Assembly (NCBI RefSeq): GCF_006345805.1
Contig: NC_042998.1
Coordinates: 101,494,001 to 101,558,000 of the forward strand
DNA: 64,000 bases
Direction: 5' to 3'
Origin: Octopus sinensis
Taxonomy: Eukaryota
Part shown: positions 11,774 to 25,559 of the stretch, in pieces
Numbering within the stretch: the stretch's first letter is position 1
Layout of the letters: each line of letters starts with the position of its first letter
Program-made: the position numbers and the translations under genes
The notes under the pieces: generated by a model
What the model was told of the DNA's origin: nothing
Seen by the model: only the letters and a program-made list of their open reading frames with translations
Databases searched by the model: none

Positions 11774-12935
11774 GTCTGATATTGTTCTTCCATAGATTTT
11801 GGGTATATAACTTGCAGTTTAATGACACTTTTTCCAAAGCTGTCAGCGCATCTTCAAAGCATCTGATATTGAAATTACATTTTAGGGTAGATGATCCATT
11901 CTCTTTTGTAAAAGTCACTGGATACAAAAGAAAAATACTGAACTATTTGTTGACTGCAGAAGTGAGCAACCTCCTGGTACTATTTACACTATAGCGCCGT
12001 TAATCGTAACATTTCCTTTCATATCTGCTATGTCCATTCAAGTAACACTAAATCTAAAACAGGTTACACAAAATACAGTTAATTGCAATTACATTACTAG
12101 AAATATAGGCTTATTACATGAAAAACGATTAAATGGGAGTTGTTATACTGTGCAGCAATTAGTACCGATCTTTAAACTCACCACCTTTTTTCATGTGTAG
12201 GATTAACTGCCAGTTCACTTGAAAATCGATTTACTGATCAAATCCACTCATAACAGAAAAAGAAAAACCGCTACTATCTTTGATGTGCAAAAAAAATTGA
12301 TATTCTGCATAATATAATTTGGAAAATATCACATGCCAAACTATACCAATAAAACAACCTAAAAAATAACAAAAACAGCATACAAATGCCAGCATTCTGG
12401 CACAGAATATTATTAAAGCCTTTTATCTAAACAAAGGACATACTGAACTGATACCATTTTATTGTCATCGAGCATAGAGGACTGAAATATTATAACCTCC
12501 ATTAATTTTACTAATAGATAACCATCTTCGTATACGTCACTTAATCCAATATTCTTTATATGCAATCCGCTTTTGTATCGTTACGTAAAGACACGATCGA
12601 TTAATTCCCGTTTCCATTCTATCTATTTTCGACAATTGTATATATTTCATATGAATGTAATGCATACAACTACATTTAAATTCAATGGTTAGAAATTCAG
12701 AATATATATGTATTTGAAAGTTAAAAAGCAACCAGAAAGAAAAAGACGGTATGCATATATGATTGTCAAGGGGTTATATATTTGCATATTTTTCTGCTTT
12801 TATATTTCTGGTGCTTGCATAGCCATTTTAAAGGTTAAATATCCTAGTGCTGGTAAGAATATGCAATTCTTTTGTAACAACCATAAAATAGTATTAATCT
12901 CGAAGAATATTTTTTTAGGCATATTTTATATATAT

Positions 12936-12972
<37 letters not shown>

Positions 12973-13005
12973 TACATATGTGTGTGTATGTATGCATATA
13001 TAATC

Positions 13006-13037
<32 letters not shown>

Positions 13038-13191
13038 TATAAACATATATACATACTTCTACATGTGTATATGTATAAATATATATATTAGTAAAAACGG
13101 TAAGATAACAAAAGAAAGAAAGAGACCTCAATATTATGTAAATAGAGGACATTTATCTATAAAATAATATGTTACAATTACTCAATAGTCA

Positions 13192-13254
13192 AGATAAAAC
13201 TCTGAGTTTCAGATGCCGAAGTGGAAATCCACAACACCATCTCTTCGGTTATCT
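13192..13254 (-). ncRNA. Degenerate hammerhead ribozyme motif
   Basis: Minus strand agataa-CCGAAGA-gatg...catc-t-GAAAC-tcaga-GTT-ttatct: perfect 6-bp stem I, U4-to-C change in the core. Confidence 0.55.
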
Positions 13255-13761
13255 AGCAATCTGAAAAACGCTTCGAAGAAATACCGTTATATAAAGGGAA
13301 ATTACTGTGTTATAATTCTGCTATATATATAAATTAAGATTGAAAGTTCATAGTAAACACGGCTAGTCATACGCTCACATGTGTGCTCGCGAACCCACGT
13401 GCGTACTTATACGTCACTATGAAAACGTACACATCTTCACTCGCATTTTTCGCCAAATATATACGCATATTTATACAAACTCATACAGACACACACACGT
13501 ACCGTAAAAGTTCATACATACGTCTATATATGCACAAGCACAAGAAAAAACATGATTAAAGGTAACAGAAAAAACATAAGGAAGTATACAAAGCATAAAA
13601 ACCACGTTCATATATGGACATGCCCTTATGCACTCATACACACACACGCCCATATATATATATACCCGTACATGTTTGTATACGCATACACACACACGCA
13701 TATACAAAAAACGAATATACATATGCCCCCACCAATTATATATATATATATATATATACAT

Positions 13762-15490
13762 AAAACTTAGATAAAACTTAGATATGTTTCGACCAGAGAT
13801 TGGTCCAGGCCATGTCTAACTTAATAGCACCACCTGATAGGATTATTCGAATCCTGTTTGAGTCAAGTTTTGTTCAAGTAGTGAGTTCTTGTTGGGTGAG
13901 TTGTATCCAGTTTTGTTCAAGTAGTGAGTTCTTGTTGGGTGAGTTGTATCCATTATGGGTGGCTTGTCTGGTATTCTTTGAAGGAATCTATCCAGACTCT
14001 GTTTGAAGTTGATGGGATCCTTTTCCTCTTTGATCTCCTCGGGACAATGTTAAATAGGGCAGGGCCTGTTGAGGAAAAGAAATTATGTTGCAGTGTACAT
14101 GTATGTTGTGATCTTGAATTTGGCAGGGGACGTATAGCCCGTGGTCCAAGTCTCGGATGAACCTTGAAGCTAATGTTTAGGTCGTTGGGCAAAGTTGGCG
14201 GTATATTTTCCACATCGTACAAATGATGTACCGCTCACGGCGACGCTGGAGGGAGTAAAGTTTCAAGGCTTTAAGGCGATCCCAATAGTCGAGAGCAGCC
14301 ATGCCTTCAATTTGTTTAGTGAGAGCCCTCTGGGGTGACTCAATTCTGGAGATGTTTTGTCTTGTGTGAGGAGACCACAGTGGGCAGCAGTATTCAAGGT
14401 GTGGCCGTACAAAGGATGAAAAAAGTGGTATGATGACACCTTGTTCTCTGGACGGAAAGTTCTTAAGATCCAGGAACTCAACTACGAGCTGTATCGACCT
14501 TCTTCTTGATGTGTGCGCTCCAACTGAGATCGTCATCAACAATTACACCAAGGTCTCTGATATTGTTAGAGGCTGTGAGCGGTTCCCCTGAAGGAAGAGA
14601 GTATGGTTGCTTTAGTGAGGAATTTCTTCCAAAATGCATCAGCTCAAATTTTCCCTCATTCAGTTGCATTTTGTTTCTGTCTGCCCATTGACTCACAGCA
14701 TATAGGTCAGACTGGAGTTGAGTTCGGTCTGCTTCTTCATTGACGATTTGCTGGAGCTTAGTGTCATCAGCGAATATTTTCACTTTGCAGTGATGTACGA
14801 CACTGGAAAGGTCGTTTACATAAATTATGAAGAGTAGCGGACCCAAAACAGTTCCCTGGGGAACACCGCTGGTGACTTTTGCTGGGTTTGAGTGGACTCC
14901 ATCAACTACAACATGTTGTGTTCTATTCTCTAGGAAATACTGAATCCAGTGTAGAACTTTTCCACGGATTCCAACATTTGCCAATTTTGAGAGTAGGATG
15001 TTATGGTCTACCCTGTCGAACGCTTTACTGAAGTCAAGGTATATGACGTCAGAGTTCGAACCTGTTCCCAAGGCTTTGAGTACATCTTCAATGTGGTGTA
15101 AGAGCTGTGTTAGACAGTCCCTGCCACAGCGAAAGCCATGTTGATTTGAATTAGGAGTTGTGGGGTCTCCAGGAAGTCAGCTATCCTTGATCTTAACACT
15201 CTTTCAAACACTTTAATGATGTGGGAGGTGAGTGAGATTGGGCGATAGTTGACTGCGAGGGATCTGTTTCCCTGTTTGAAAACCGGGATGACCGACTGGG
15301 ATAGAAACTTTTTCGGTATATAACCTGCGTCTAACGAGTTTCTCCAGAGGTTGATCAGAGGGACTGCAGTTGATATCTACATTCCTTCAGGAGAGGCGGG
15401 AAATCTATCAGGGCCTACAGCGGAGTAATGTTGACCTCATTTATTGCTGCTACGATGTCGGTGGCAGTGAAGGTTATGTCTGCGATTTGT
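13762..15490 (-). mobile_element. CR1-group LINE, 5'-truncated RT + 3' end, frameshifted
   Basis: NYRPISLTS, QHGFR, VIYLDFSKAFDRVDH, SGVPQGTVLGPLLF, FADD, VRPHLEYC, LYSLQRRRER; tandem tail of an ATCTAAGTTTT-like unit at 13762-13785. Confidence 0.95.
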
Positions 15491-16061
15491 GTTATATATA
15501 TAGAGAGAGAGTATATTATATATATAATATATATTATATATATATGGGGGGCATATATATATATATATATTAATTACACGCATACTTGTATGATATATGT
15601 TACACGTTTATATTAAATGTACGCTTGCCTACGGAGGTATCTGTACATGTACGCGTCTGTATGTGTAAGCGTGTGAATTCAGCTTTAAGCGCGAATATAA
15701 TTGTAGCTTGCTTTATTCCTTTGTTTTTTTGACATGCAATTGTTAGGAGCCTGTATTAGGGAATTGTAGCCTTAAGGCTTCCGGCAATGTTTGATTTATG
15801 CATTTCTAAGGTATTTGGAAAATATGTACTCCATTTAAATACAAAAACACGAAACAGTTTCTACAGGTGCACACATTTAATCAGTAACTCGAGGACACGT
15901 AGATACACACTCAGAGCGCTATCGAACGCGCGCACCCAAGCACCATATTGTGACATTCCTCGAACGATAGTTTCTTATTCAATTTTAGATTTCAGTAGAC
16001 TCATTTCACACCACTCATTTTCGTCGTGCCCTTTTGAAAAGAAGAAATATTCGCCTTGTCC

Positions 16062-16285
16062 CTTAATATCGGTTTCAAATTCTGGCACAAGGCCAGCAGG
16101 TTTGGGGTAGGGGGTAAGTCGATTAAAACGACCCAATGTTCGATTGCTACTTATTTTAATTTTATAGACCCTAAAATGATGGAAGGCAAAGTTGATCCCA
16201 GCAGAATTTGAACTTAGAACGTAAAGACGGACGAAATGCAGCAAAGCATTTCGTCCGGCGTGCTGACGATTCTGCCAGCTTGCCG
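16062..16285 (-). mobile_element. SINE family A
   Basis: Reverse-complement match to the 11559 copy (head, B-box, core, tail). Confidence 0.8.
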
Positions 16286-16316
16286 AAATATTCCAACTCC
16301 CATTCCTCCTGTCCTG

Positions 16317-16536
16317 TAATATTGGTTTCAAATTTTGGCGCAAGGCCAGCACTTTTAGGGCAGGGGATAGTTGATCACATCGACCCTAGTGCTCAACTGG
16401 ATACTTATTTTACCGAACCCGAAAGGATGAAGGACAAAGTCGACCGTGGAGGAATATGAACTCAGAACTTAAAGCCGGACGAAATGCCGCCAAGTATTTT
16501 GCCTTGCGTGTAACAATTCTACTAGCCTGCTGCCTT
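16317..16536 (-). mobile_element. SINE family A, adjacent second copy
   Basis: Same motifs, 30 bp from the previous copy, same orientation. Confidence 0.8.
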
Positions 16537-18078
16537 TCCTCTTTTCCTTAATACCAAAAAGTATTACGACTACATCTCTCTTGATAGAGACCATTGTAGT
16601 TGAAAAAGAAAACAACTGAATATTGTCTGTGGGACGTAAGTCGATAGATTTATCAACTTAAAATGGCCTAACAATTACATTAAAAATTTTGCCCTCAAAA
16701 TCTTTGTCGGGATTTGATGCGTCCTTGTGATGTACACTTTAATCCATTGGTCTTCTTATTCGTCCAAAATAGTTACTAATTTACTGGACAATTCTTTTCT
16801 GAGATAGACTGGTGCCCTAACTAGGATTACCTGTTGTTAAGTTACCGCTTTAAAATTGAAGCTCAAATCATTTAAACTTATTAGTCGCTTGGATGTGTGC
16901 ATGTGTGTATGAGAAAGAAAGAGAACGAAAGAGAGAGGGAAAGAGAGAGAGGGAGAGAGAGAGAGCGGGGGAGAGATTTTAAAAATATGATTTGATTCAT
17001 TTGACTTATGTAATACTATAATAAAATCACCATTTTGAAATTGTCTCAAGTAAATTCATCAATACAAGTGTATGGGTAGGAGTGTGGTTATGTAGATTTT
17101 TGCATGCACATGAAGTCCTTGGTATTTATATAACGCAAGATTTAGAAATATAATATTCATTATCTACAAAAACATTTCTCAATATATCCACCAGCCGAGA
17201 TGTCTATAGATTCATTTGTGTTTTTGTCTTTTGGTCTATCTGCTTGTGAAACTGAGTTTTTGGTCTACCAGTTTAAATATTTGACTGCATGTCGATCTGT
17301 AATATCAATACGTCTTTCTCTCTCCATCTGACTGACTATCTATTGATGTAAATAACGTTCTATGTATGTGCTTGTCTATTTGCGCACATATTTGTCTATT
17401 TATACTTCAATCCATCTCACAGTTTGTCTTTCTTTATGTCTATTTGTTCGTCTGTGTGACTATGATATATAAAGATATAAATGGATGGAGAGATAAATAA
17501 ATAGATAGATAGTTAGATAGACAGATAGAGTGATAAAGAGATGAGTGGATGGAACGATGGAAATATGACTGGACTGATAAGCTAGGTATATAGATCGATA
17601 AATAGATAAAATGTTGAACATTGCCGACAAACGCAACAGACCTGAGAGTGAGATAAGCTAGAAGACAAGTTATTTTCAAAGTTTCCAATATCATAAATGT
17701 AATGATCTGTTTAGTACTGGGCGAGGATATGCTCCAGATACACCGTATTTACGTAACGTACAAACATCAATCAAACATCGACTTGCGCAACAGTGGACGC
17801 AACTATATAACTTTTTTTAATCTATATCTCTTACATGATATTTTACTTCACAGCTGGACGACTCAATAGGCAGTTGAACTACGAAGTTTCAGCAGTTCGC
17901 ATCTGATTGCTTTTTGGAAAGTAATCTTAATGTCAGTGTTTTTCTTTTTTATGAGGAAGGAAGTGGGTGAGGGTAAGGTTGTAGTCATCATTGCATTTTA
18001 GCCCTTGCACATCTCTGATTGTGTAGACCTATCCTGTCTTTTACCTGCGTACATATAACCTAGAGACATTATCTAACG

Positions 18079-18296
18079 CAGTGCTTTTCAAACTTTTTGC
18101 TGGAGCGGAACCCCAAGGAAGCATTCCACTGGCTCGAGGAACCCCTATGCAATAATTATTAGACTTATGCACACATATCTACACAGGAGAATTAAACATT
18201 ACTGCCGATTTTAGCAGTTTTGTAATTTCTTGCGGAACCCCAAGACTGTACTGGCGGAACCCTAAGGTTCCGCGGCACTCTGGTTGAAAACCACTG
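18079..18296. mobile_element. hAT (Charlie-type) MITE
   Basis: TIRs CAGTGCTTTTCAAAC / GGTTGAAAACCACTG; perfect 8-bp TSD ATCTAACG at 18071-18078 and 18297-18304; subterminal GGAACCC repeats. Confidence 0.92.
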
Positions 18297-18304
18297 ATCT
18301 AACG

Positions 18305-18400
18305 TATCCATTTTGAACACATAGATTGTTAGCCAATGGAGAATTTGATTGCTATTTCTAGCAGGCCGAGCCACCACAAAATAACTCCTTCAATGGGTTG
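18305..18400 (-). repeat. Old dispersed repeat (family D, GCTAGAAATAGCAGCCAAAT motif)
   Basis: Related motifs at about 27550-27600, 31570, 35935-35990 and 61310-61350. Confidence 0.45.
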
Positions 18401-18929
18401 ATTGGAGGCAATAATACACTTCATTAGAGCAGAGCACCATCATTTTCTTTATTCCAGATCATTCGTCTTAAATAAGGAGTATATCACCTAATCGCACGAT
18501 TCTGAGACTCGTCACATCGTACCGAATTTCATTTCCGTATATTATGTACGCTTCTTCTTTTCGTATATCAAATGCCTTCTATCTTTTCCTTCTTTTCTTT
18601 TTCGCATTGACGAGCTTTTTCTCTTCTTGAGATACACTTCGCTTCCTGTTTACATTTAGCAAGATAATATAGATAGGGGGAGAGAAAGCACACTGCAGAA
18701 AAAAGAAAGCAAACCTGAAGATCCCGCGAGACTTAAGAAACATCGCGTGTCGCATAGATTTAACACATGTTCGCACAAATTCAATGGAAATCTGACAATC
18801 TAAGATATAAAAGAAAGATTGATAAATTTTTGTCTCCTTAAATGACTAAAATAATTTGTCAACAATAAACAGTAATATATGTGTGTACGTACACACACGA
18901 ACATATACACATGCATATATATATATTAT

Positions 18930-18985
<56 letters not shown>

Positions 18986-19195
18986 CATACACACACAAGT
19001 ACAGATATAATCGAGTTCAAATTTCGTTCCTTACACACGCACATATGCAAACACACATATACACACAGAAACTCCCATTCTCTATTTTCTACATTGCATT
19101 AAAAATTGACGCATTCCTATTATACATCACCTTTATTATTTAAACTAATTTGTCGCACGAAGATGTGCTCTAATTAGATGTATTTCATCTTTCTG

Positions 19196-19349
<154 letters not shown>

Positions 19350-19880
19350 GCACACACAAATACACGCACATACACACGTATATTATATGCGTTCGATAAA
19401 TTTGATAAATACATTGCACGTATATCCCGACATTTCAATCGCTTTGTAATTCTGCCGATTAAAGATAAAGAAAATGTATATACTCATAGTTTGGGCTCTG
19501 TTTTCCCTGTTTAGCGAAGGTTTATGAGAGGTGTAGCTTTTATGACTAACTGTCAGAGGATATGAGCGAACTGAATATTCGTTTTTAGAGCTGTTGATGT
19601 CTTTAAATAGATGCAGCAAGGAGAAAAAATTATTATGAGTAGTAATTAATATATCATAGGTTGCCTAGGATTGAAAAAGATTTTATTTTTATTTTTACAT
19701 ATGTTCAGAACGGAATATGTATGTGTGTATGTATGTATGTATGTATGTATGTATGTATGTATGTATGTATGTATGTATGTATGTATGTATGTATGTATGT
19801 ATGTATGCATGTATGTATGTATGTATGTATGAACGTAAGTATGCATGTATGTATGTACGTATGTATGTATGTATGTATGT

Positions 19881-20744
19881 CTCTTCTATTTTTTAATTTC
19901 CACAAGTTTTCCACTGAGAAGGGAGCCGGTTTCCAACAAAGATACAAGACTCAATCTTTGGGATGTAGTTAATATAGACAAATTCATATTTGAAACTTGA
20001 GAAAAATCTTGCATATTTTTACTGTTCCACTCACAGATTGGACATTGTAATATACGAATCAGCCGGTCAGTTTCTCGTTCTGAAAATCCCAGTTTATCCA
20101 GATACTCCTTTAAACATTTACTATCAAAACCTAGTGCACCAATTATTATTGGTATGAATATGAAGTCATAGTATGGATATAGAAGCTGGAGGTTTCGAAG
20201 CAGTTATCCATAGATATCCATTGTTTTCTTTCGTTTTGAAAGAGATATTTATATCTGCAGGGCAGCTAAACTCTATGATGGTGTACACCTTTGCCCCTCT
20301 GTCCCAAACAACAGTATCAGGTTTGTTATATTTACATTGGACACAAGTTTTGCTGGGAATATTCCACCAGCATTCCCTGAGTTGGTGTTTATGAATATAT
20401 TCTATAACAGAAGGGTTTTCTATGTTTATATCAGGACAGTCTTCTTTGCGAATGGCATTGTAAATTGTGTTAATATTAACATCGTGCCGCATGGGGAGTT
20501 AGTACCGTAATGACATTTTAGGACAGCTGCTAATCACATGCATAATGGCTTCCACAGAAACATGACATAGATTATACATGCAGTTGCCCCTTGGGATTAC
20601 AAGATTGTCACTGTCTCTGTTGTTCTCAGGTACTTTGTGGCAAACCCTGTTCCTGGATTTCAAACGCATAGCCTTCAAAGTGTGATGTGATGTAGTGGCC
20701 TTGTGTCCAAGAGAAGCTGCGCTTTTTATCAATTCTAACACTCG

Positions 20745-20745
<1 letters not shown>
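19881..20745 (-). mobile_element. R4/Dong-like LINE 3' end (CCHC knuckle + restriction-like endonuclease)
   Basis: LCHVSVEAIMHVISSCPKMS, MRHDV, NKPDTVVWD, IIEFSCPAD, FIPIIIGALG; the 3' UTR runs into (CATA)n on the element strand. Confidence 0.85.
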
Positions 20746-20836
<91 letters not shown>

Positions 20837-21039
20837 ACACACACACACGCACATGCGCGCGCGCACACACACACACACATTGAAATATGAAACTGAACAG
20901 GTGATTATATTTGCAAATGGCTACTGATAGTAACTTAGGAAAGAATGTATGCCCGTAAGATGATTTCGATTCGTATATGTAGGTAATTTACAGAAACCTA
21001 GGGATCCTTTTGTGGTCTGTATCGGCATATCCTTTTTAT

Positions 21040-21440
21040 CTTTCCTTTTTCTTTACTTGTTTCAGTCATTTGACTGCGGCCATACAGGAGCACCGCCCTT
21101 AGTCGAAAGCATCGACCCCATAACTTATTCTTTGTAAGCCTACTACTTATTCTATCAGCTTCTTTGCCGAACCGCTAAGTTACGGGGACGTAAACACACC
21201 AGAATCGGTTGTCAAGCTATATTGGGGGGACAAACACAGACACACAAACACCCCCCCCCATGTATATATATATATACGACGAGCTTCTTCCTTTTTCGTC
21301 TACGAAATCCACTCACAATCCTTTGGTCGGCCCGAGGCTATAGTAGAAGACACTTGCCCATGGTGCCACGCAGTGGGACTGAACCCGGAACCATGTTGTT
21401 GGTAAACAAGCTACTAACCACACAGCCGCGCCTGCGCCTA
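21040..21440 (-). mobile_element. SINE family C with internal (TA)/(CA) microsatellite
   Basis: Head TAGGCGCAGG..GGCTGTGTGGTTAG..GGTTCAGTCCCACTGCGTGGCACC, internal TA/TG tract, 3' part CCCCGTAACTTAGCGGTTCGGC...AAATGACTGAAACAAGTAAA. Confidence 0.85.
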
Positions 21441-22507
21441 TAATGAAATAAATATATATAACATGCTCCAGTTCCATGAGAAGTGGTTAGTTTTGGCGTG
21501 TCGGTCTATGTTCCTCTTTGCGTGTTATTGATTGATATTCAGTTACTACTATTAAATGAATTATTCCTCGTCTGTAGGTGAAGGATAATCTTATGTAATA
21601 TTTATTCTGCTTTCCATAAATAAGTAAATAAATAAATAAGCGGTGTCGGTGAGGTGAAGTAATGTGAAGACTCTAGAAAAATCAGGAATCGACACGGTCT
21701 TGCAAATTCCACTGTTCGGAAGGTTATCTCTTGTTCTATGCCGTTTGGTTATTGATTAAAAGAAACACTGTTTATTTCACCTGGCTTGTGTTGTTAAAGG
21801 GAGCGCGTACTGTATTATAACTAGTGAGTGTACTTTCATATGTCAACACAAAACATGGCATAGTTGTAGAGTTATTCTCTCATCCATAATGAAAATATGT
21901 AATGCATTATTAATAAGAACATAAATATTGAAAGAGAGAGAAAGAAAGGCTGTGGGAGGTAAAACAGAGGAAGGTATAAATGGTAACAAACAGTGTACGC
22001 ACACACACACACGTTCATACATGTGTGTATATATACAAGAACACGTACAGACAAACGCATACACACATGTATATATATATATGTGTGTGTGTGCGCGCGT
22101 GTGTGTATGTGTGTGTGTGTGTGTGTGTTTGTGTTTGTGTGTGTGTGTGTGGAGAAGTGGCAGAGTGAACAGACGAGAAGATATATAGAAAGGGAGATGG
22201 TCCTTTAGAAGAAAGGCGAATAAATGAACAGAGTATTTGGAGAAAAGAAGATGGATTTTCATTAATCTGCAGCTGGCTGTTTCCTTCAAATCCATCCGAT
22301 TGCCAATATATAAGCTGGTCTTAAGAAAAGATATAAAGAATGATTCCTGCCGTATCTCTGTAATAAAATTTACTTAGGCTTTGGCTATACGTATCACTTT
22401 CAAAGCGCGTCATTTATTATTTTTGAAGAGATTCGAAGTCCTTATGCTTTCTGTAGCTGCAGCCTTCAATGACAACAACGATAAAAAAGCCGTAATTTTG
22501 TTGTCTT

Positions 22508-22556
<49 letters not shown>

Positions 22557-22911
22557 CAGTTGTAGTAATCATTGTGGTCCTTGCTTATGTTTAAAGGAGT
22601 TGTGGTGGTGATTGTAGAATTTTCTTTTTTCCATGTAGAATTTAATTGTGAAATTTGGCCTACACTATACAGTATATACTAGCCCATTTTGTTTTAAACA
22701 ATTAGTTGCTACGAGTGAGAGATTGATCTACTATTTACCTAGTGCCACCTTAACCCATAAGCATTTCTTTGAAATTCTGTTGAAATCCTTATTGTATATC
22801 TATGGTCAATTAGGTGGAGTTGCCAAATCAGTTTCATAAGAAGTAGACCAAAATTTTCAAGAACAAAACGAAGAATGTTAGAAAGTATCTCAAAATAAAA
22901 AATATTACTCG

Positions 22912-23024
<113 letters not shown>

Positions 23025-24267
23025 CGCTGAGACTGCGACATCTCTGGCTCTATATAGACGACGGTGAACAGGTGTGGTCGCCGTTTGTGAGGCACGCTTT
23101 CCCGCAGCTCGTCAACATGACCGAACTGCAGTCGTGGATCAAAAAGAGGCCGAAGAAGGGCGAATGGCACCGCGAGTGTCGCGTTGCTCTCAAGCAACTC
23201 TGCCGTCCTGGGTCGACCTTGAGTGACTTCAACACAACCAAAGCATTCTATAGGGGTTTAGTGGAGGGGAGGTACGACGACGAGCTCGGGGCGAACCTGG
23301 ACGTCGACGAGGAGTACCTGACCCGCCTGTTCAGGACGACTTTCGGGCCAGGGCCCATGGACAACTTCCAGAGATCCCTGGCCTGGCAGTGCTACCGAGA
23401 AGCGCTACCCGTTCGGGATAAGCTCTACAGACACGGCTCGAGAAACACGGGGCCGACCTGCCCGAGATGCGGTCAGAGCGACGAAACCGTTCTGCACGCA
23501 CTCGTGCAGTGTCCAACAATTTCCGACCTGTGGGCTTGTGGTCGAACAACTGCGTCACGTGTGGGACGAGTCGGTTTATCAGCTGAGTCTATCGTTAATA
23601 TTGTCACGCCTCCCTCCTTCAAACGGGAAGGAAGAGCTATTTTCATCATCCTGTGGCTATGGCGAAAGAATGTATCTGGTGGACGCGTCTGAAAGGATTG
23701 GAGACAAACACTTTCCTCTCTGGTCAATCTCTCATCAACTTCTTCAAGTACCACTTGAAAAGGAAAGTGAGAGTAGAGAGGCAAGTTTTGTCTAGCGAAT
23801 GTTTTAAAAAAAGATGGGTGAATGTAGCAAGAATGGCACGTATGAATGACGAAGCCACCTTGAGCATGATCCTATGAACCCAGAAATTGAAAACAGAGAG
23901 TTGCTTATTTGCCAAAAAAAAAAAAAAAAGAAATATAACATGTGACTCCATTGACCGAGGTTACCGCGGTCTTTTCCGTAGGCTTTTCTTTCCACGGGTA
24001 AACCTCACCTGTCCTCCCCTTTACACTTCATATTGACATTTCTGTGATAACGATCTCTATTGATCAAATTAAAAAAAAATTTTTTTTATCCTCTCCCCCT
24101 TTTTTTAACCCCCTTTTTTTTGTCCTCTTTCTCTCCTTTTACGATCCCTTTTGATCGAAACTCCCCCTTCCTTTTTTTTTTTTTTTTTTTTTAAACCTTC
24201 AAAAGAAAAGCTCTATCTTGTAATTTGTTCTATCTGTGTGCAGCCCTGTGTGGCTAATAAAGAAACA
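23025..24267 (+). mobile_element. Tx1/L1-clade LINE 3' end, copy 1
   Basis: zf-RVT-type motif AWQCYREALPVRDKL...CPRCGQSDETVLHALVQC; stop near 23877; 3' UTR of about 390 nt ending AATAAAGAAACA directly into (TATC)n. Confidence 0.9.
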
Positions 24268-24320
<53 letters not shown>

Positions 24321-25152
24321 GGTCGCCGTTTGTGAGGCACGCTTTCCCGCAGCTCGTCTCCATGACCGAACTGCAGTCGTGGATCAAAAAGAGGCCGAGG
24401 AAGGGCGAATGGCACCGCGAGTGTCGCGTTGCTCTCAAGCAACTCTGCCGTCCTGGGTCGACCTTAAGTGACTTCAACACAACCAAAGCATTCTATAGGG
24501 GTTTAGTGGAGGGGAGGTACGACGACGAGCTCGGAGCGAACCTGAGAGTCGACGAGGAGTACCTGACCCGCCTGTTCGGGACGACTTTCGGGCCAGGGCC
24601 CATGGACAACTTCCAGAGATCCTGGCCTGGCAGTGCTACCGAGAAGCGCTACCCGTTCGGGATAAGCTCTACAGACACGGCTCGAGAAACACGGGGCCGA
24701 CCTGCCCGAGATGCGGTCAGAGCGACGAAACCGTTCTGCACGCACTCGTTCAGTGTTCCAACAATTTCCGACCTGTGGGCTTATGTCGAACAACTGCTGT
24801 CACGTGTGGGACGAGTCGGTTTATCAGCTGAGTCTATCGTCAATATTGTCACGCCTCCTTCCTTCAAACGGGAAGGAAGAGCTATTTTCATCATCCTTGG
24901 GCTATGGCGAAAGAATGTATCTGGTGGACGCGTCTGAAAGGATTGGAGACAAACACTTTCCTCTCTGGTCAATCTTCATCAACTTCTTCAAGTACCTTTG
25001 AAAAGGAAAGTGAGAGTAGAGAGGCAAGTTTTGTCTAGCGAATGTTTTAAAAAAAGATGGGTGAATGTAGCAAGAATGGCACGTATGAATGACGAAGCCA
25101 CCTTGAGCATAGTCCTATGAACCCAGAAATCGAAAACAGAGAGTTGCTTTTT

Positions 25153-25189
<37 letters not shown>

Positions 25190-25518
25190 AAGTGACTTCA
25201 TTGACCGAGGTTACCGTGGTCTTTTCCGCAGGCTTTTCTTTCCACGGGTAAACCTCACCTGTCCTCCCCTTTACACTTCATATTGACACTTCTGTGATAA
25301 CGATCCCTATTGATCATTTTTTTTTCTCTCCCCCCCCCCTTTTTTTTTTTTTTTAAACCCCCCTTATTTTTGTCCTCTTTCTCTCCTTTTACGATCCCTT
25401 TTGATCGAACCTCCCCCTTCCTTTTTTTTTTTTTTTTTTTTTAATTTAATCAAAAGAAAAGCTCTACCTTGTAATTTGTTCTATCTGTGTGCAGCCCTGT
25501 GTGGCTAATAAAGAAACA
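24321..25518 (+). mobile_element. Tx1/L1-clade LINE 3' end, copy 2
   Basis: Near-identical to copy 1 but with a different 5' truncation point and scattered substitutions; same 3' junction into (TATC)n. Confidence 0.9.
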
Positions 25519-25557
<39 letters not shown>

Positions 25558-25559
25558 AT

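Noticed and set aside
13783-13812. Hairpin followed by GAAAC at the CR1 3' end as a hammerhead half
   Set aside because: No CUGANGA upstream; consistent with an ordinary LINE 3' stem-loop.
23025-25518. Assembly or segmental duplication as the explanation for the two Tx1 copies
   Set aside because: Different 5' truncation points and clustered substitutions favour two insertions; raw reads are still needed to exclude it fully.
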